DNA of 61,756 nt, counting the filler. It is 5 parts of 5 records of this genome, joined end to end, with 100 filler letters (N's around TTAATTAATTAA, not from the genome) between each part and the next. Parts side by side here need not be neighbours in the genome. Positions count along the whole stretch, not along the records: positions 15,485 to 36,600 come from SRR20825019_2699; positions 36,701 to 42,529 come from SRR20825019_2704; 3 more parts are not named here. One strand, given 5' to 3'. Shown piece by piece: positions 29,515 through 39,800 of the stretch (positions are counted from its first letter, which is position 1; the number at the start of each line of letters is the position of its first letter). Position numbers and translations under genes: made by a program. A model generated the notes under the pieces. The model was not told where the DNA came from, did not search any database, and saw only the letters and a program-made list of their open reading frames with translations.

Positions 29515-30150
29515 CTACGAAGTCAAGACGATGCGCATGAGATCGGCGGTGTTGCGGGCGCCCAGCTTTTCCATGACGCGGGCCCGGTGCACCTCAATGG
29601 TGCGGGGGGAAATGCCCAGTTCGCGCCCGGCTTCCTTGTTGGACTGGCCATTGGTGATCAATTGCAACACTTCACGCTCGCGCGGTGTGAGTTGGGAAAA
29701 TCCGCGCACCTCGACGGGGCGGCCGCCAGCCTGCATGGCGCCCAGATGCACATCCTTGCGCAAGGCGTCCCGAATGACTGTGAGCAGCAATTCACTGTCG
29801 ATGGGTTTGCTAAGCACATCGGTCGCCCCCAGCTTCATGGCCGTCACCGCGGCTTCCAATTGCGGCTCGTTGGCCAACATGACAACCGGGGCGCCCGTGC
29901 GCAGCCCTTTGACCCGACGCAACAGGTTCAGCCCGTCTTCCTCTCCCTGATTGAGATTGATGACCGCCACGTCCGGCCGCCGGCGCTCCAGGGCGGCAAG
30001 GAAATGCGCGGATTCAAGTGAGAAGATGGTCTGGAACCCCTCAAGGCGAAACAGCACGCTGAGCGCCTCGCAGGTGCCGGGATCCGGATCGACGAGATGG
30101 ACCAGCCGATCCCGATTGAGAAACGCGTGGTAGTAGGAATGCGTGTTCAT
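29515..30150 (-). CDS. FixJ/LuxR-family response regulator with degenerate receiver
   Basis: LTPREREVL...SNKE...ISPRTIEVHRA HTH; the phospho-acceptor position is Asn. Confidence 0.88.
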   Translation of the reverse strand: MNTHSYYHAFLNRDRLVHLVDPDPGTCEALSVLFRLEGFQTIFSLESAHFLAALERRRPDVAVINLNQGEEDGLNLLRRVKGLRTGAPVVMLANEPQLEAAVTAMKLGATDVLSKPIDSELLLTVIRDALRKDVHLGAMQAGGRPVEVRGFSQLTPREREVLQLITNGQSNKEAGRELGISPRTIEVHRARVMEKLGARNTADLMRIVLTS

Positions 30151-30437
30151 GCCATAGCCCCTTCCGGCAAGTTCGCTTCTGAAGCGGTCGCCAGGGCGCA
30201 CAACATTCCGCATGGCCAAAGCGTATCCGCCTTCGCCTCGCCGCACCTCTGCCCAGGTGTTCCGCAAGTGTAGTTTGCTCTAAGTGGTGGCGCCGTCCGA
30301 TACGATGAATCCGTAGGATGGACTACCTATATCTAGGTATATATTCATCCTGGTAATTGTCAACGACTTTATTCCTAGCCACACGTCAGACGAAAGGCCG
30401 GCATCGCAGCCGGCCTTCAAAAAGATCGGGGCCTACG

Positions 30438-30881
30438 TCAGGCCTTGCCGCCTGCCCGGATGGCGTCTCGAATTTCGGTGAGCAGGACTTCTTCCTTGGA
30501 TGGGGCAGGCGTTGTTTCCACCGGTTCCTTGGCGGCCTCGCGCTTCATCGAATTGATGCCCCTGACCACCATGAAGAGCACGAAGGCAATGATGGTGAAC
30601 TTGACCACGGCATTGATGAAGAGCCCGATATTGAGCGTGGCCACGCCCGCTTCCTGTGCGGCGGTCAGCGATGGCACGGGCACGTCATTGGGATTGGACA
30701 ACACCACGAACAGGTTTGAAAAGTCGATCCCGCCCAGCACGAGGCCAATCAGCGGCATGAAGATGTCGTCAACGATGGAGGACACGATGGCCCCGAAAGC
30801 CGCTCCGATGATCACACCGATGGCCAGGTCGATCATGTTGCCCTTGATGGCAAAGTCCCGAAATTCCTTGAACACGCTCAT
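30438..30881 (-). CDS. mscL: Large-conductance mechanosensitive channel
   Basis: EFRDFAIKGNMIDLAIGVIIGAAF and EEVLLTEIRD motifs. Confidence 0.97.
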   Translation of the reverse strand: MSVFKEFRDFAIKGNMIDLAIGVIIGAAFGAIVSSIVDDIFMPLIGLVLGGIDFSNLFVVLSNPNDVPVPSLTAAQEAGVATLNIGLFINAVVKFTIIAFVLFMVVRGINSMKREAAKEPVETTPAPSKEEVLLTEIRDAIRAGGKA

Positions 30882-31057
30882 TTAGACCCTCTCGAAATAT
30901 TGGCCCCGCCCCACTCCGGCGACCGCCGCGTTTAACCACAAACACGGATTGAAAGGCTTTTCGGGCAAAAAGCAATGGTTCCAAGGGCGGTCTTGCGCCG
31001 GGCCGGTGCGAGGCTGATAAGGTCGAGTGACCTCAACCTGCCATTGTGCGAACCCTG

Positions 31058-32674
31058 ATGAGCCTGCTCGACCACGATCCGACACGCGCCATTGCGCTGG
31101 CCATCGACCATATTCCACAGGGCGTCGCCGTGTTCGACGCCGGCTTGCGCCTTGTGACGTCCAATAAGCGCTACAACAGCCTGCTGCATTTGCCACTAGA
31201 CCTGACCCGCCCCGGTTCGGCGCTGTTCGATATCGCCCTTTTCATGGCTGAGCGCGGTGATCTCGGGCCCGGGGACGCCGCGCAACTGGCCATCGAGCGG
31301 ATCAAGGAACTGACCGCTGCGCCAACCAGCGTGACCCAGCGCCAGGGCAATGCCGGCCAGACACTGGAATTCCACTCAAGCCGGCTGCCCAATGGCGGGC
31401 TGGTGGTCAGCTTTTCCGATGTGACCGCCCGGGTGCATGCCGAGCAGCAGCTGGCCCAGGTCAATCAGACCCTGGAGCGGCGGGTCGAGGAGCGCACGGC
31501 TGCCCTCAAGCAGGTCAATACCGAGCTCGAAGCGGCGCGCGCCAAGGCCGATGCATCCAATCACGACAAGACGCGGTTCCTCGCGGCGGCCAGCCATGAC
31601 CTGCTGCAGCCACTCAATGCGGCGCGGCTCTACACCTCGACCCTGATCGAGCGCGCCAAGTCGACGGGTTTTGCCGAACTGGCCAATTCCATTGAAGCCT
31701 CACTGACGGCAGTGGAAGACATCATGTCGGCGCTGCTCGATATCTCGCGCATCGACAGCGGCGCGCTCAAGCCGGCGCCGGCGCCGATCCAGGTGCAGGA
31801 CCTGCTCAAAAAGACCGAGGTCGAATTTGCGCCTATGGCGCGGGAGCGCTCGATTTCGCTGCGGATCGTGGCCACCAGGGCCAGCGTAATGGCCGACCGC
31901 TCGCTGGTGGGGCGCATCGTGCAGAACCTGGTGTCCAACGCCATCAAGTACACCCCGGTGGGCGGCAAGGTGCTGGTGGGGCTTCGCAAACGCGGCAATC
32001 GCTGGCGGCTCGATGTGATCGATACCGGCATCGGTTTCAACAAGGATCAGCATCGGCTGGTGTTTGCCGAGTTTTCGCGGCTCGAACGTGGGGCGCGCAT
32101 GGCGCAGGGACTGGGATTGGGGCTTTCCATCGTGCAGCGCCTGGTGACAGCCCTCGGGCTGACGCTGGAGCTGGATAGCCGCGAGGGCAGCGGGTCGCGG
32201 TTTTCGATCTATCTGCCGGCTGTGCGCAACGCCCGACCGACCAGCCAGCCAGAGCCCCCGGCGCCGGAGCCCAGTTTCGGCACGCTGAGCCTGAAAGTGC
32301 TGTGCGTGGACAATGAACGCGCCATTCTCGAGGCCATGGAAGGATTGCTGACCCATTGGGGCTGCGAGGTGCGCACGGCGCTTTCGCTCAAGCAGATCGA
32401 CCGCGAGCAACTGCTCGAAGGCTGGTATCCCGATCTGGTGCTGATGGATTATCACCTTGACCAGACCTCGGGCCTGGATGCGATCGAATGGCTGCGGCAC
32501 AATATTGGCGGGCATCTGCCGGCCGCATTGGTGACCGCCGACCGCAGTCCCGCCGTGCGGGCGCTGGCGGAAGACCGCGGCATTGCGGTGGTGACCAAAC
32601 CGGTCAAGCCGGCGGCCCTGCGCGCCACGATCAGCGGCCTGGCCAATCAGGGTGGCGGCAAGCGTTCCGGATAG
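31058..32674 (+). CDS. PAS hybrid sensor histidine kinase/response regulator (NahK/ErcS-like)
   Basis: PAS domain, ASHDLLQPL H-box, NLVSNAIKY, DTGIG, GLGLGL and receiver MDYHL. Confidence 0.92.
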   Translation: MSLLDHDPTRAIALAIDHIPQGVAVFDAGLRLVTSNKRYNSLLHLPLDLTRPGSALFDIALFMAERGDLGPGDAAQLAIERIKELTAAPTSVTQRQGNAGQTLEFHSSRLPNGGLVVSFSDVTARVHAEQQLAQVNQTLERRVEERTAALKQVNTELEAARAKADASNHDKTRFLAAASHDLLQPLNAARLYTSTLIERAKSTGFAELANSIEASLTAVEDIMSALLDISRIDSGALKPAPAPIQVQDLLKKTEVEFAPMARERSISLRIVATRASVMADRSLVGRIVQNLVSNAIKYTPVGGKVLVGLRKRGNRWRLDVIDTGIGFNKDQHRLVFAEFSRLERGARMAQGLGLGLSIVQRLVTALGLTLELDSREGSGSRFSIYLPAVRNARPTSQPEPPAPEPSFGTLSLKVLCVDNERAILEAMEGLLTHWGCEVRTALSLKQIDREQLLEGWYPDLVLMDYHLDQTSGLDAIEWLRHNIGGHLPAALVTADRSPAVRALAEDRGIAVVTKPVKPAALRATISGLANQGGGKRSG

Positions 32675-32698
32675 GAGCCCCGAGGTCTTCGAGACGCG

Positions 32699-34183
32699 TC
32701 AGACTGCCTTGGGTTCGGCCGCCTTCTTGCGCGGCGGGGCCGTTTCCACCTCATCGACGACCGGCGCCGCCGGGGTCACCCGCGGCATGCGGTTCCAGGC
32801 GTCGAGCGCGGCAATCTTGTAGGCTTCGGCCAGTGTCGGGTAGTTGAACGTGTTCTCGACGAAATAGTCGAGCGTCGCCCCCAGATTGAGCACGGCCTGG
32901 CCTATATGGATGAGCTCTGTGGCCCCCTCCCCCACGATATGCACACCGAGCAATTTGCGGTTTTCGAGCGAGACGATCATTTTCATCATCCCCGACTGCA
33001 GGCCCATGATGTGGCCGCGCGAGGTTTCGCGAAACCGCGCAACGCCGCACTCATAGGGAATATTCTGGGCACGGACTTGCTGCTCGGTAAGGCCGACCGT
33101 CGAAATCTCGGGGACCGCGTAGATGCCATAGGGGAAAAACTCCGGCGCTGGCGGCATCTTGGCCTCGAAGGCATGGAGGGCTGCAATGCGGCCCTGTTCC
33201 ATCGAGGTGGACGCCAGGGACGGAAAGCCGATGACATCGCCAGCGGCGTAAATGTGCGGGATCTGGGTCTGGAAGGTGGCCGGATCGACCTTGAGGCGAC
33301 CCCGCTCATCGGGAACGACGCCGCACTGTTCAAGCCCCAGGTCCTTGGTGGCGCCAATGCGGCCGGCCGCATAAAGCAGCATGTCGGAGCGGATCTGGCG
33401 GCCATCGGTCAGATGGGCGATGGCCCAGCCCTGGCCGTCCTTTTCCACCCGGTCGACCTTTGCGCCCAGGCGAATGGTGACGCCACGCTGGCGCAGGTCA
33501 TGGGTGAATTCCTCGATGATTTCCCGATCGATGAATTCCAGGAAGGTTTCACGCGGCTCGACGATGGTCACGGGCACGTCGAGTGCGGAGAAAATGGTGG
33601 CGTATTCGATGCCGATCACGCCCGCGCCAACCACAGTGAGGCTGCGCGGAACACGCAGCTCGCCCACCAGGCTATCACTATCGAGCACGGTGTGCTCGTC
33701 AAACGGGATATTGGCGGGGCGATAGGGTGCGGTGCCCACTGCGATGACCGCGTGGTCGAACGCGAAGCGATGCTCATCGCCGGCGTGATCAACCACCAGT
33801 AGGTGATGTTCATCAGAAAACCGCGCTATGCCGCCAAAGGTGCGTACCCCGTTGCGGGCAAACTGGTGCTCGAGCACCTCGATCTCGTAGTCGAGCGTCT
33901 TGCGCAGGCGGGCGCCGAGGTCCTTGCCCTCAATGTCCTTCTTGACCCGATAAGAGAGGCCATAGAAGCCCCGCTCGCGCCAGCCGGACAGATTGAGCAC
34001 CGTTTCGCGCAGGGTCTTTGACGGGATGGTGCCGGTATGGACCGAGACGCCGCCCAGACGCAGGCGGTTTTCCACCACCAGGACGGATTTGCCCAGCTTT
34101 GCCGCCTGAATGGCGGCCCGGCGCCCGGCAGGCCCCGAACCGATGACCACGAGATTAAAGCGTTCCAAAGCCGCCCCCTGCAA
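32699..34183 (-). CDS. sthA: Soluble pyridine nucleotide transhydrogenase
   Basis: GSGPAG, HTGTIPSKTLRE, FPSLASTSMEQGR and FNYPTLAEAYK motifs; start may be a few codons later. Confidence 0.93.
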   Translation of the reverse strand: MQGAALERFNLVVIGSGPAGRRAAIQAAKLGKSVLVVENRLRLGGVSVHTGTIPSKTLRETVLNLSGWRERGFYGLSYRVKKDIEGKDLGARLRKTLDYEIEVLEHQFARNGVRTFGGIARFSDEHHLLVVDHAGDEHRFAFDHAVIAVGTAPYRPANIPFDEHTVLDSDSLVGELRVPRSLTVVGAGVIGIEYATIFSALDVPVTIVEPRETFLEFIDREIIEEFTHDLRQRGVTIRLGAKVDRVEKDGQGWAIAHLTDGRQIRSDMLLYAAGRIGATKDLGLEQCGVVPDERGRLKVDPATFQTQIPHIYAAGDVIGFPSLASTSMEQGRIAALHAFEAKMPPAPEFFPYGIYAVPEISTVGLTEQQVRAQNIPYECGVARFRETSRGHIMGLQSGMMKMIVSLENRKLLGVHIVGEGATELIHIGQAVLNLGATLDYFVENTFNYPTLAEAYKIAALDAWNRMPRVTPAAPVVDEVETAPPRKKAAEPKAV

Positions 34184-34266
34184 ATCAGCCCCAATGCCTA
34201 TGCCAGCACTGTGACACCCTCATTGCCGATTGGGCAATGACGGAACGGCAGGGCAGGAATGCGCTG

Positions 34267-35133
34267 TCAGCCGCCGGGCCAGGTCGGCTCACTCATCTGG
34301 GGCAGATCGTAGAACTGGCGCACCACGTCCCAGCCTTCCCTGGCCGTATCGACCACGGTGAACAGGTCCGTATCGTCGGGAGAGATGGTACCGGCCTCGG
34401 CCAGGGCCTCGAGGTTGATGACCTTGGTCCAGAAGTCCCTGCCGAATAGTAGGATGGGGATGCGGTCCATGCGGCCGGTCTGGATCAGGGTCAGGCTCTC
34501 GAAGAATTCGTCCAGCGTGCCGAAGCCGCCGGGGAAGACCGCAACGGCTCTGGCCCGCATCAGAAAGTGGATCTTGCGGGTGGCAAAGTAGTGAAAGTTG
34601 AAGCTCAGATCCGGCGTCACATAGAGATTGGGCGCCTGTTCGTGCGGCAGGACGATATTGAGCCCGATCGAGGGCGCGCCCATATCGGCTGCGCCGCGAT
34701 TGCCTGCTTCCATCACGCCGGGCCCACCGCCGGTGGTCACAACATATTCCTTGAAGTCCATGGAGGCTGCGGTCTGCGAGGCGAACTGGGCGAATTTGCG
34801 TGCCTCGTCATAATAGCGCGAGGCGGCCTCGAGATTGCGGCGCTGGGTTTCGTTCTTGGCTGCCCAGGCTGGCTTGCCCGGCTCGGGAATGCGGGCGCCG
34901 CCAAACAGCACCACTGTGGAATTGATGCCATGCTCGCGCAGGCGGAATTCGGGCTTGAGATATTCGAGCTGGAAGCGCACCCCGCGGGTATCTTCCGAGG
35001 TCATGAACTCGTCGTCGGCAAAGGCCAGGCGATAGGCGGCACTGCGCGTCTGCGGCGTATCGGGCGCCTTGCGCGAGACGGCAACGTCCTCGCTGGAGGT
35101 GCGCAGGGATGTCGGATGACGACGTTTAGACAA
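34267..35133 (-). CDS. LOG family protein (TIGR00730-type)
   Basis: FGGAR, TGGGPGVMEA and FPGGFGTLDE motifs; TTG start with GGGAG RBS. Confidence 0.92.
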   Translation of the reverse strand: MSKRRHPTSLRTSSEDVAVSRKAPDTPQTRSAAYRLAFADDEFMTSEDTRGVRFQLEYLKPEFRLREHGINSTVVLFGGARIPEPGKPAWAAKNETQRRNLEAASRYYDEARKFAQFASQTAASMDFKEYVVTTGGGPGVMEAGNRGAADMGAPSIGLNIVLPHEQAPNLYVTPDLSFNFHYFATRKIHFLMRARAVAVFPGGFGTLDEFFESLTLIQTGRMDRIPILLFGRDFWTKVINLEALAEAGTISPDDTDLFTVVDTAREGWDVVRQFYDLPQMSEPTWPGG

Positions 35134-35461
35134 GACAAACTCCCGATTGGCAGGCGCGCCGGAATTCAGCGCCCATTCCCTGCTGGCCTTGCGCGGCCAA
35201 GCAGATGACCACTCTGGCCGCAAAGGCCTAAGAAGGGCATAACCAGCCGGGCTGGTTCGGGCAAGGGCGGGGCATGACCAATCGGTTCACGAGTGTGGAA
35301 GCTGTATCGTGGAGAACCTGCCCGGCGGAAGTACCCACTGCAAAATAGGATACAAAATACTTAAGAGACGCAAATTTACCCAGGAATCTTTGGATGAATA
35401 CCTTCATTGTTCACGACTCCTCAATAATCGCATGGCCTTCTGATGTCAGGAGGCCAAGCAA

Positions 35462-36493
35462 TTGTTGCTGTTCACGGATCGACATCTGGTACCGGAGGGT
35501 GAGCTCAAGAGGCTGATCCTGCGCGGCGTCTGCCGCATGTTTCCGCTCCACTCGGCGCCAACCCTCAAAGTCGACAATGCCCTGATCCTGTGTGACGTGG
35601 ATCTTGGGGACTTCGCCAGCGCCCGCATGCTGCGTCTGGCGCTGGCCGTGCACCGCTCGCCGGACAGCCCCGTTGTGTTCCTGCTGAGGGACCGTAACCA
35701 CCACACCGAATCCCAGGCCCGCGCGCTTGGGGCCAGTGATACGCTCAACGGTGAGGAGGGCTTGAATGCCGCGCTGCGGCAGCTGATGAACAAATATCGG
35801 TTCCTAAATGCCCATCAGAGCTGCGTACCGCCCGAGGCGCAGCTCGCTATCGAAGACCTGCTCGAGGCCAATACATGGAATGCCGCCGGCAACTATGACG
35901 GCCTGATCGATGCGGGCGCACAGGCAGTTCTCGACGCCATTGAGGCCGAGGGCATCCATCACTGGATGGATGAGGTCCTGTCCTATGACAATTTGACTTA
36001 TCAGCATTGTCTGCTGGTGGCAGGCACGGCCGCCGCGTTCGGTTCGTCACTGGGCTTTTCACGCGAGGACAAGGTTCTCCTGACCACGGCCGGGTTCGTG
36101 CACGACGTCGGCAAGGCCTTCATACCGCTTGAAATCCTGAACAAGGAAACGACCCTGGACGCAGCCGAAATGGCCAATGTCCGACGCCATCCCATGATCG
36201 GCTATGCCATCCTCAAGGAGCATGGCGTCCACAACACGGATGTGCTGGGTTGCGTGCGCTCGCATCATGAATTGCTGGATGGTTCAGGCTATCCTGCAGG
36301 CCTGGTAGGCAACAGCCTGCCGGACCTGGTCAAGATGGTGACCATCTGCGACGTCTTTTCGGCTCTGGTAGAACATCGCACCTACAAACAACAGGTCAGC
36401 CCCGAAGCGGCCTATCACTACCTGGCCGGCAACGGACAATTGTTCGACCAGGCGTTGGTGCGGGCCTTTGGACCCAGTATCCTGCCGGCGTGA
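35462..36493 (+). CDS. HD-GYP domain phosphodiesterase
   Basis: HDVGK, HHELLDGSGYP and R.YK motifs; AGGAGG RBS before TTG. Confidence 0.88.
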   Translation: MLLFTDRHLVPEGELKRLILRGVCRMFPLHSAPTLKVDNALILCDVDLGDFASARMLRLALAVHRSPDSPVVFLLRDRNHHTESQARALGASDTLNGEEGLNAALRQLMNKYRFLNAHQSCVPPEAQLAIEDLLEANTWNAAGNYDGLIDAGAQAVLDAIEAEGIHHWMDEVLSYDNLTYQHCLLVAGTAAAFGSSLGFSREDKVLLTTAGFVHDVGKAFIPLEILNKETTLDAAEMANVRRHPMIGYAILKEHGVHNTDVLGCVRSHHELLDGSGYPAGLVGNSLPDLVKMVTICDVFSALVEHRTYKQQVSPEAAYHYLAGNGQLFDQALVRAFGPSILPA

Positions 36494-36600
36494 CGCCGGG
36501 CGAGGGCATCAACCGGGGACAGGGAGACAGCGGCTTCGTTATCCCGCCCCCCTTGCAACCTCAGTCCAAAATCCGCATATAGGCGCCGGGAGGGTGGCGC

Positions 36601-36700
36601 NNNNNNNNNNNNNNNNNNNNNNNNNNNNNNNNNNNNNNNNNNNNTTAATTAATTAANNNNNNNNNNNNNNNNNNNNNNNNNNNNNNNNNNNNNNNNNNNN
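36601..36700. other. Artificial contig linker
   Basis: N44-TTAATTAATTAA-N44. Confidence 0.98.
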
Positions 36701-36843
36701 GAATAATAATAAGAAATACAACATCGTCGTCATAGTCACTGAAAAGGGCTATACATACGGGGAGACTATCTTTTTAAAAAGAAACATCCAAGACCACAAC
36801 ACAAAAACAGCTAACAATAAACAGCACACAACAGCATAAAGTA

Positions 36844-39800
36844 ATGCCATTGAGGGGAACTAGTAGCAACCTTCCCAAAGGAGGGCTGTTGACGGCACCA
36901 CTACTAGGGACATGTATAATAATATTGGTCACCATCATCCTAGTCCTCCTCAACCCTGCCCATGCTGCAAACCTACCTACCACCATATCAGCGGGGAGTA
37001 CCATCAGCATCGATGACACGGTGGTGTCGGGAGGTACGACGCTCAACGTGGCCTCGATGCTTTCCGACGCCATCACCAACTCCCTGACCGCTGCCGTCTT
37101 CAGCGCCACCCGTTTAACGTTTTTAGGCACCCTCACCATCAGCCTGCCGGGGTCAGCAGGGGGCTACACGACGATCCCCCTCCAGGTGAGCATCATCGAC
37201 GGGATCAGCTCTGGCGGGGCAAGCTCCCCTGTCGCTCATCTCCAGCTTTCTGGATTCCTTGCCCTCGGCAGTACCATTATAGTGCAGGGGGGTACGTATG
37301 AGTATGCCCAAAAGTTTATGTTCATCACCAGCCTCCTCACCGTTCAGGACAGCTCATCCGTTGTTGTAAATGGTGGTACATTCGACGTATTCCCAACCTC
37401 GGCTGGAAGTGCTACGTTTATGCGATCAGCTGGGTTCGTAGGAACAAACAGCGCAAACTTTGCCATCACGAACAACACTGTCACTGTTGAAAATAAATCG
37501 ATTGCATTTGGATGGACCACGTTTTTCGTTGAACTAAACTCCGGACCAGCAACCCTGTCATCCTCCAGTGCCTTCTCTATTCACAACAACACCGTGAATA
37601 TCACAAACTTTAAAATATCTACTGCAAATCATGGATATTGGTACCTCCTGCAAGTATTCGCAACGCCCATCACGCTCTCAGGGGGCAGCACCTTCTCCGT
37701 CACAAGCAACATCATGATCATGGCAACCATAACCCTCACAGCCTCCTGGAATGTGTACATCATTCAACTCTACTACAATGCAGCTGATTCCATTTCGGGC
37801 TCCAGTACAATGGACATCTCCTACAACACCTATGTCGGCTCTGCCATGACTGCCTCCGCCTCCATTATTCCCTTCGTAACCGTTAAGGACCTAACCTCCT
37901 TTACTGTTGCTGATGTAGGGAGCCGATATCTAATGCGGTACAATACATTTACCGCATCCTTACTTGCTGGCACCTCTATTCCGTCCTTCGTTGTCATGGA
38001 CAACTTCAACACGCCCTTCTCTGGCGATGGACTCATCCTCCTCGAGGGGAATACCCAAACCTTCACTGGAAGACCCATAACGCCCACAATGATCAGGTTC
38101 AACTCGGCGCACACTATCACGGCCCTTATTATAAAATTATTGCGGAATACCATCACCACAGATGGGGGATCTGGCATAATGTATCAGGCTGCGACGGCCA
38201 CATTCGGCACCCCCGCCCCCATCTTCTACATGTGTGGGTGTATCGTCGGTACTACTACATGTGGTGAGACTAGCCCTGGTGTATACTCCTGTGTGTCGGG
38301 AACTGCCTTGAACGGAAAAATCCGTCTATGCACTTCTACCCCCACTTTGTCCGCTCTACATGCTGCCCTCACTCGTACCCAAACCCCCAATACAGCCTCG
38401 CACACACTATCCCACGCAATCACACACACACAGCCCCACACACTGACATATCTGCCCCCTCCACCACCAACTCTACCTCCCCCAGTTCAGACATACTTTG
38501 GTTCTGGCACCTACAAGACACGCTACCCCGACCACACCGCCACACAACTCAACGGTGTAGTGTCCGGCATCCCCCTACTATTCTCCACCACCTTCCACGC
38601 CCTGTATGCCGCCCGGTTCCAGGCCACGGACGTGTACAACCCCACACTGCGACTAGGTCTCGACGCTACCGCCGGCACTGCACTCGCCACCCGACTGTCC
38701 CTCGTCAAAACCACATCCGCCGCCTCATTTGACGGTGTGTCGATCAACGCTGCCCTCTGCACCCAATTCGTCGACCCTGCCACCGGCGGCCTCACCAACT
38801 CATCCTCCGTTGACTGCGGCACCCCGATGACCTGCACCCACGCCCCTACTTCAACCTCCGTGGGCAACCACCTTACAGACTCCATCACCGTCATCGCCAA
38901 GCCTGGTGCCCTGACCGCCACATGCAGCAACAGTGCCCCCCTGTCGGGTATTGTGTACGCTAACGTACCCATCACCCAGAAGCTGTTCCAATCCTACGCC
39001 CTCGTGTCGTCCAACCCATCACACGCTGACATCTCTGCCACCGCAGCAGCTGCCGCGTTCCTGAGCACCCCCAGCCAGTGGCTTGGACCCCCAACTGCCA
39101 TCGCCACCGGTATCGCACCCACGACCACCATGTATCTGGTCGGCAACACTGCGAACCCCTCCTCCACATCGTCCGCACCCATCGTTGAGCGGTACCTGGC
39201 GCCGGTTGGGGCTGGTTCAACGACTGACTTAACAGCAACGGGGGGAACGACGTCGTACTGCAACCTGCCCGACCAGACAGCCTACATCGCCACTTACATT
39301 GCCCCCAACACGACTGTTGCCGACGGGGGAGTGCCCACCTCCTGCTTTACCTACGACAGTGTTGCCGCGCTGCACTCTGCCTGCGACAAGACCACCGGGT
39401 GTGTTGGGTTCAGTACCGTGCGTGTGTACCAGCGGGAGCTGCCCCTGTGTCTACACCTCACCGGCACCAACTCGCAGCCCACCACCTACGTGTACGATCG
39501 TGTCTTCTACCGTCGACCATCGACGAGTGGACAGGCGTGCTCTGTCGGCGTTGGGCGCAGCGGGCGTGTGGCTGTGTTCATACAACAGACGTCGTTTGGA
39601 AGCGGCGGGGCGCAGGCCGTGGTGCGTGTCGACGGGTCCGTGCGTGCTGTGTGCGGTGGATCGCAGTCGTTTAGCAACGGGTTTGCAGGTAAGAGTGGTC
39701 GGTGCCAGCTATTTGCCCTGTGCTACGCCGGGGACGTGTCTGCTGGGTCGACAGTTGTGGTTGCCGTGCAGGGCACGTTGCTCCAGAATGGGTGCAACAG

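Noticed and set aside
36555-36600. TTGCAA...TATA promoter-like sequence followed by GGGAGGGTGGCGC, possibly the start of a structural RNA such as SRP RNA
   Set aside because: Only about 13 nt precede the contig end, too little to support a call
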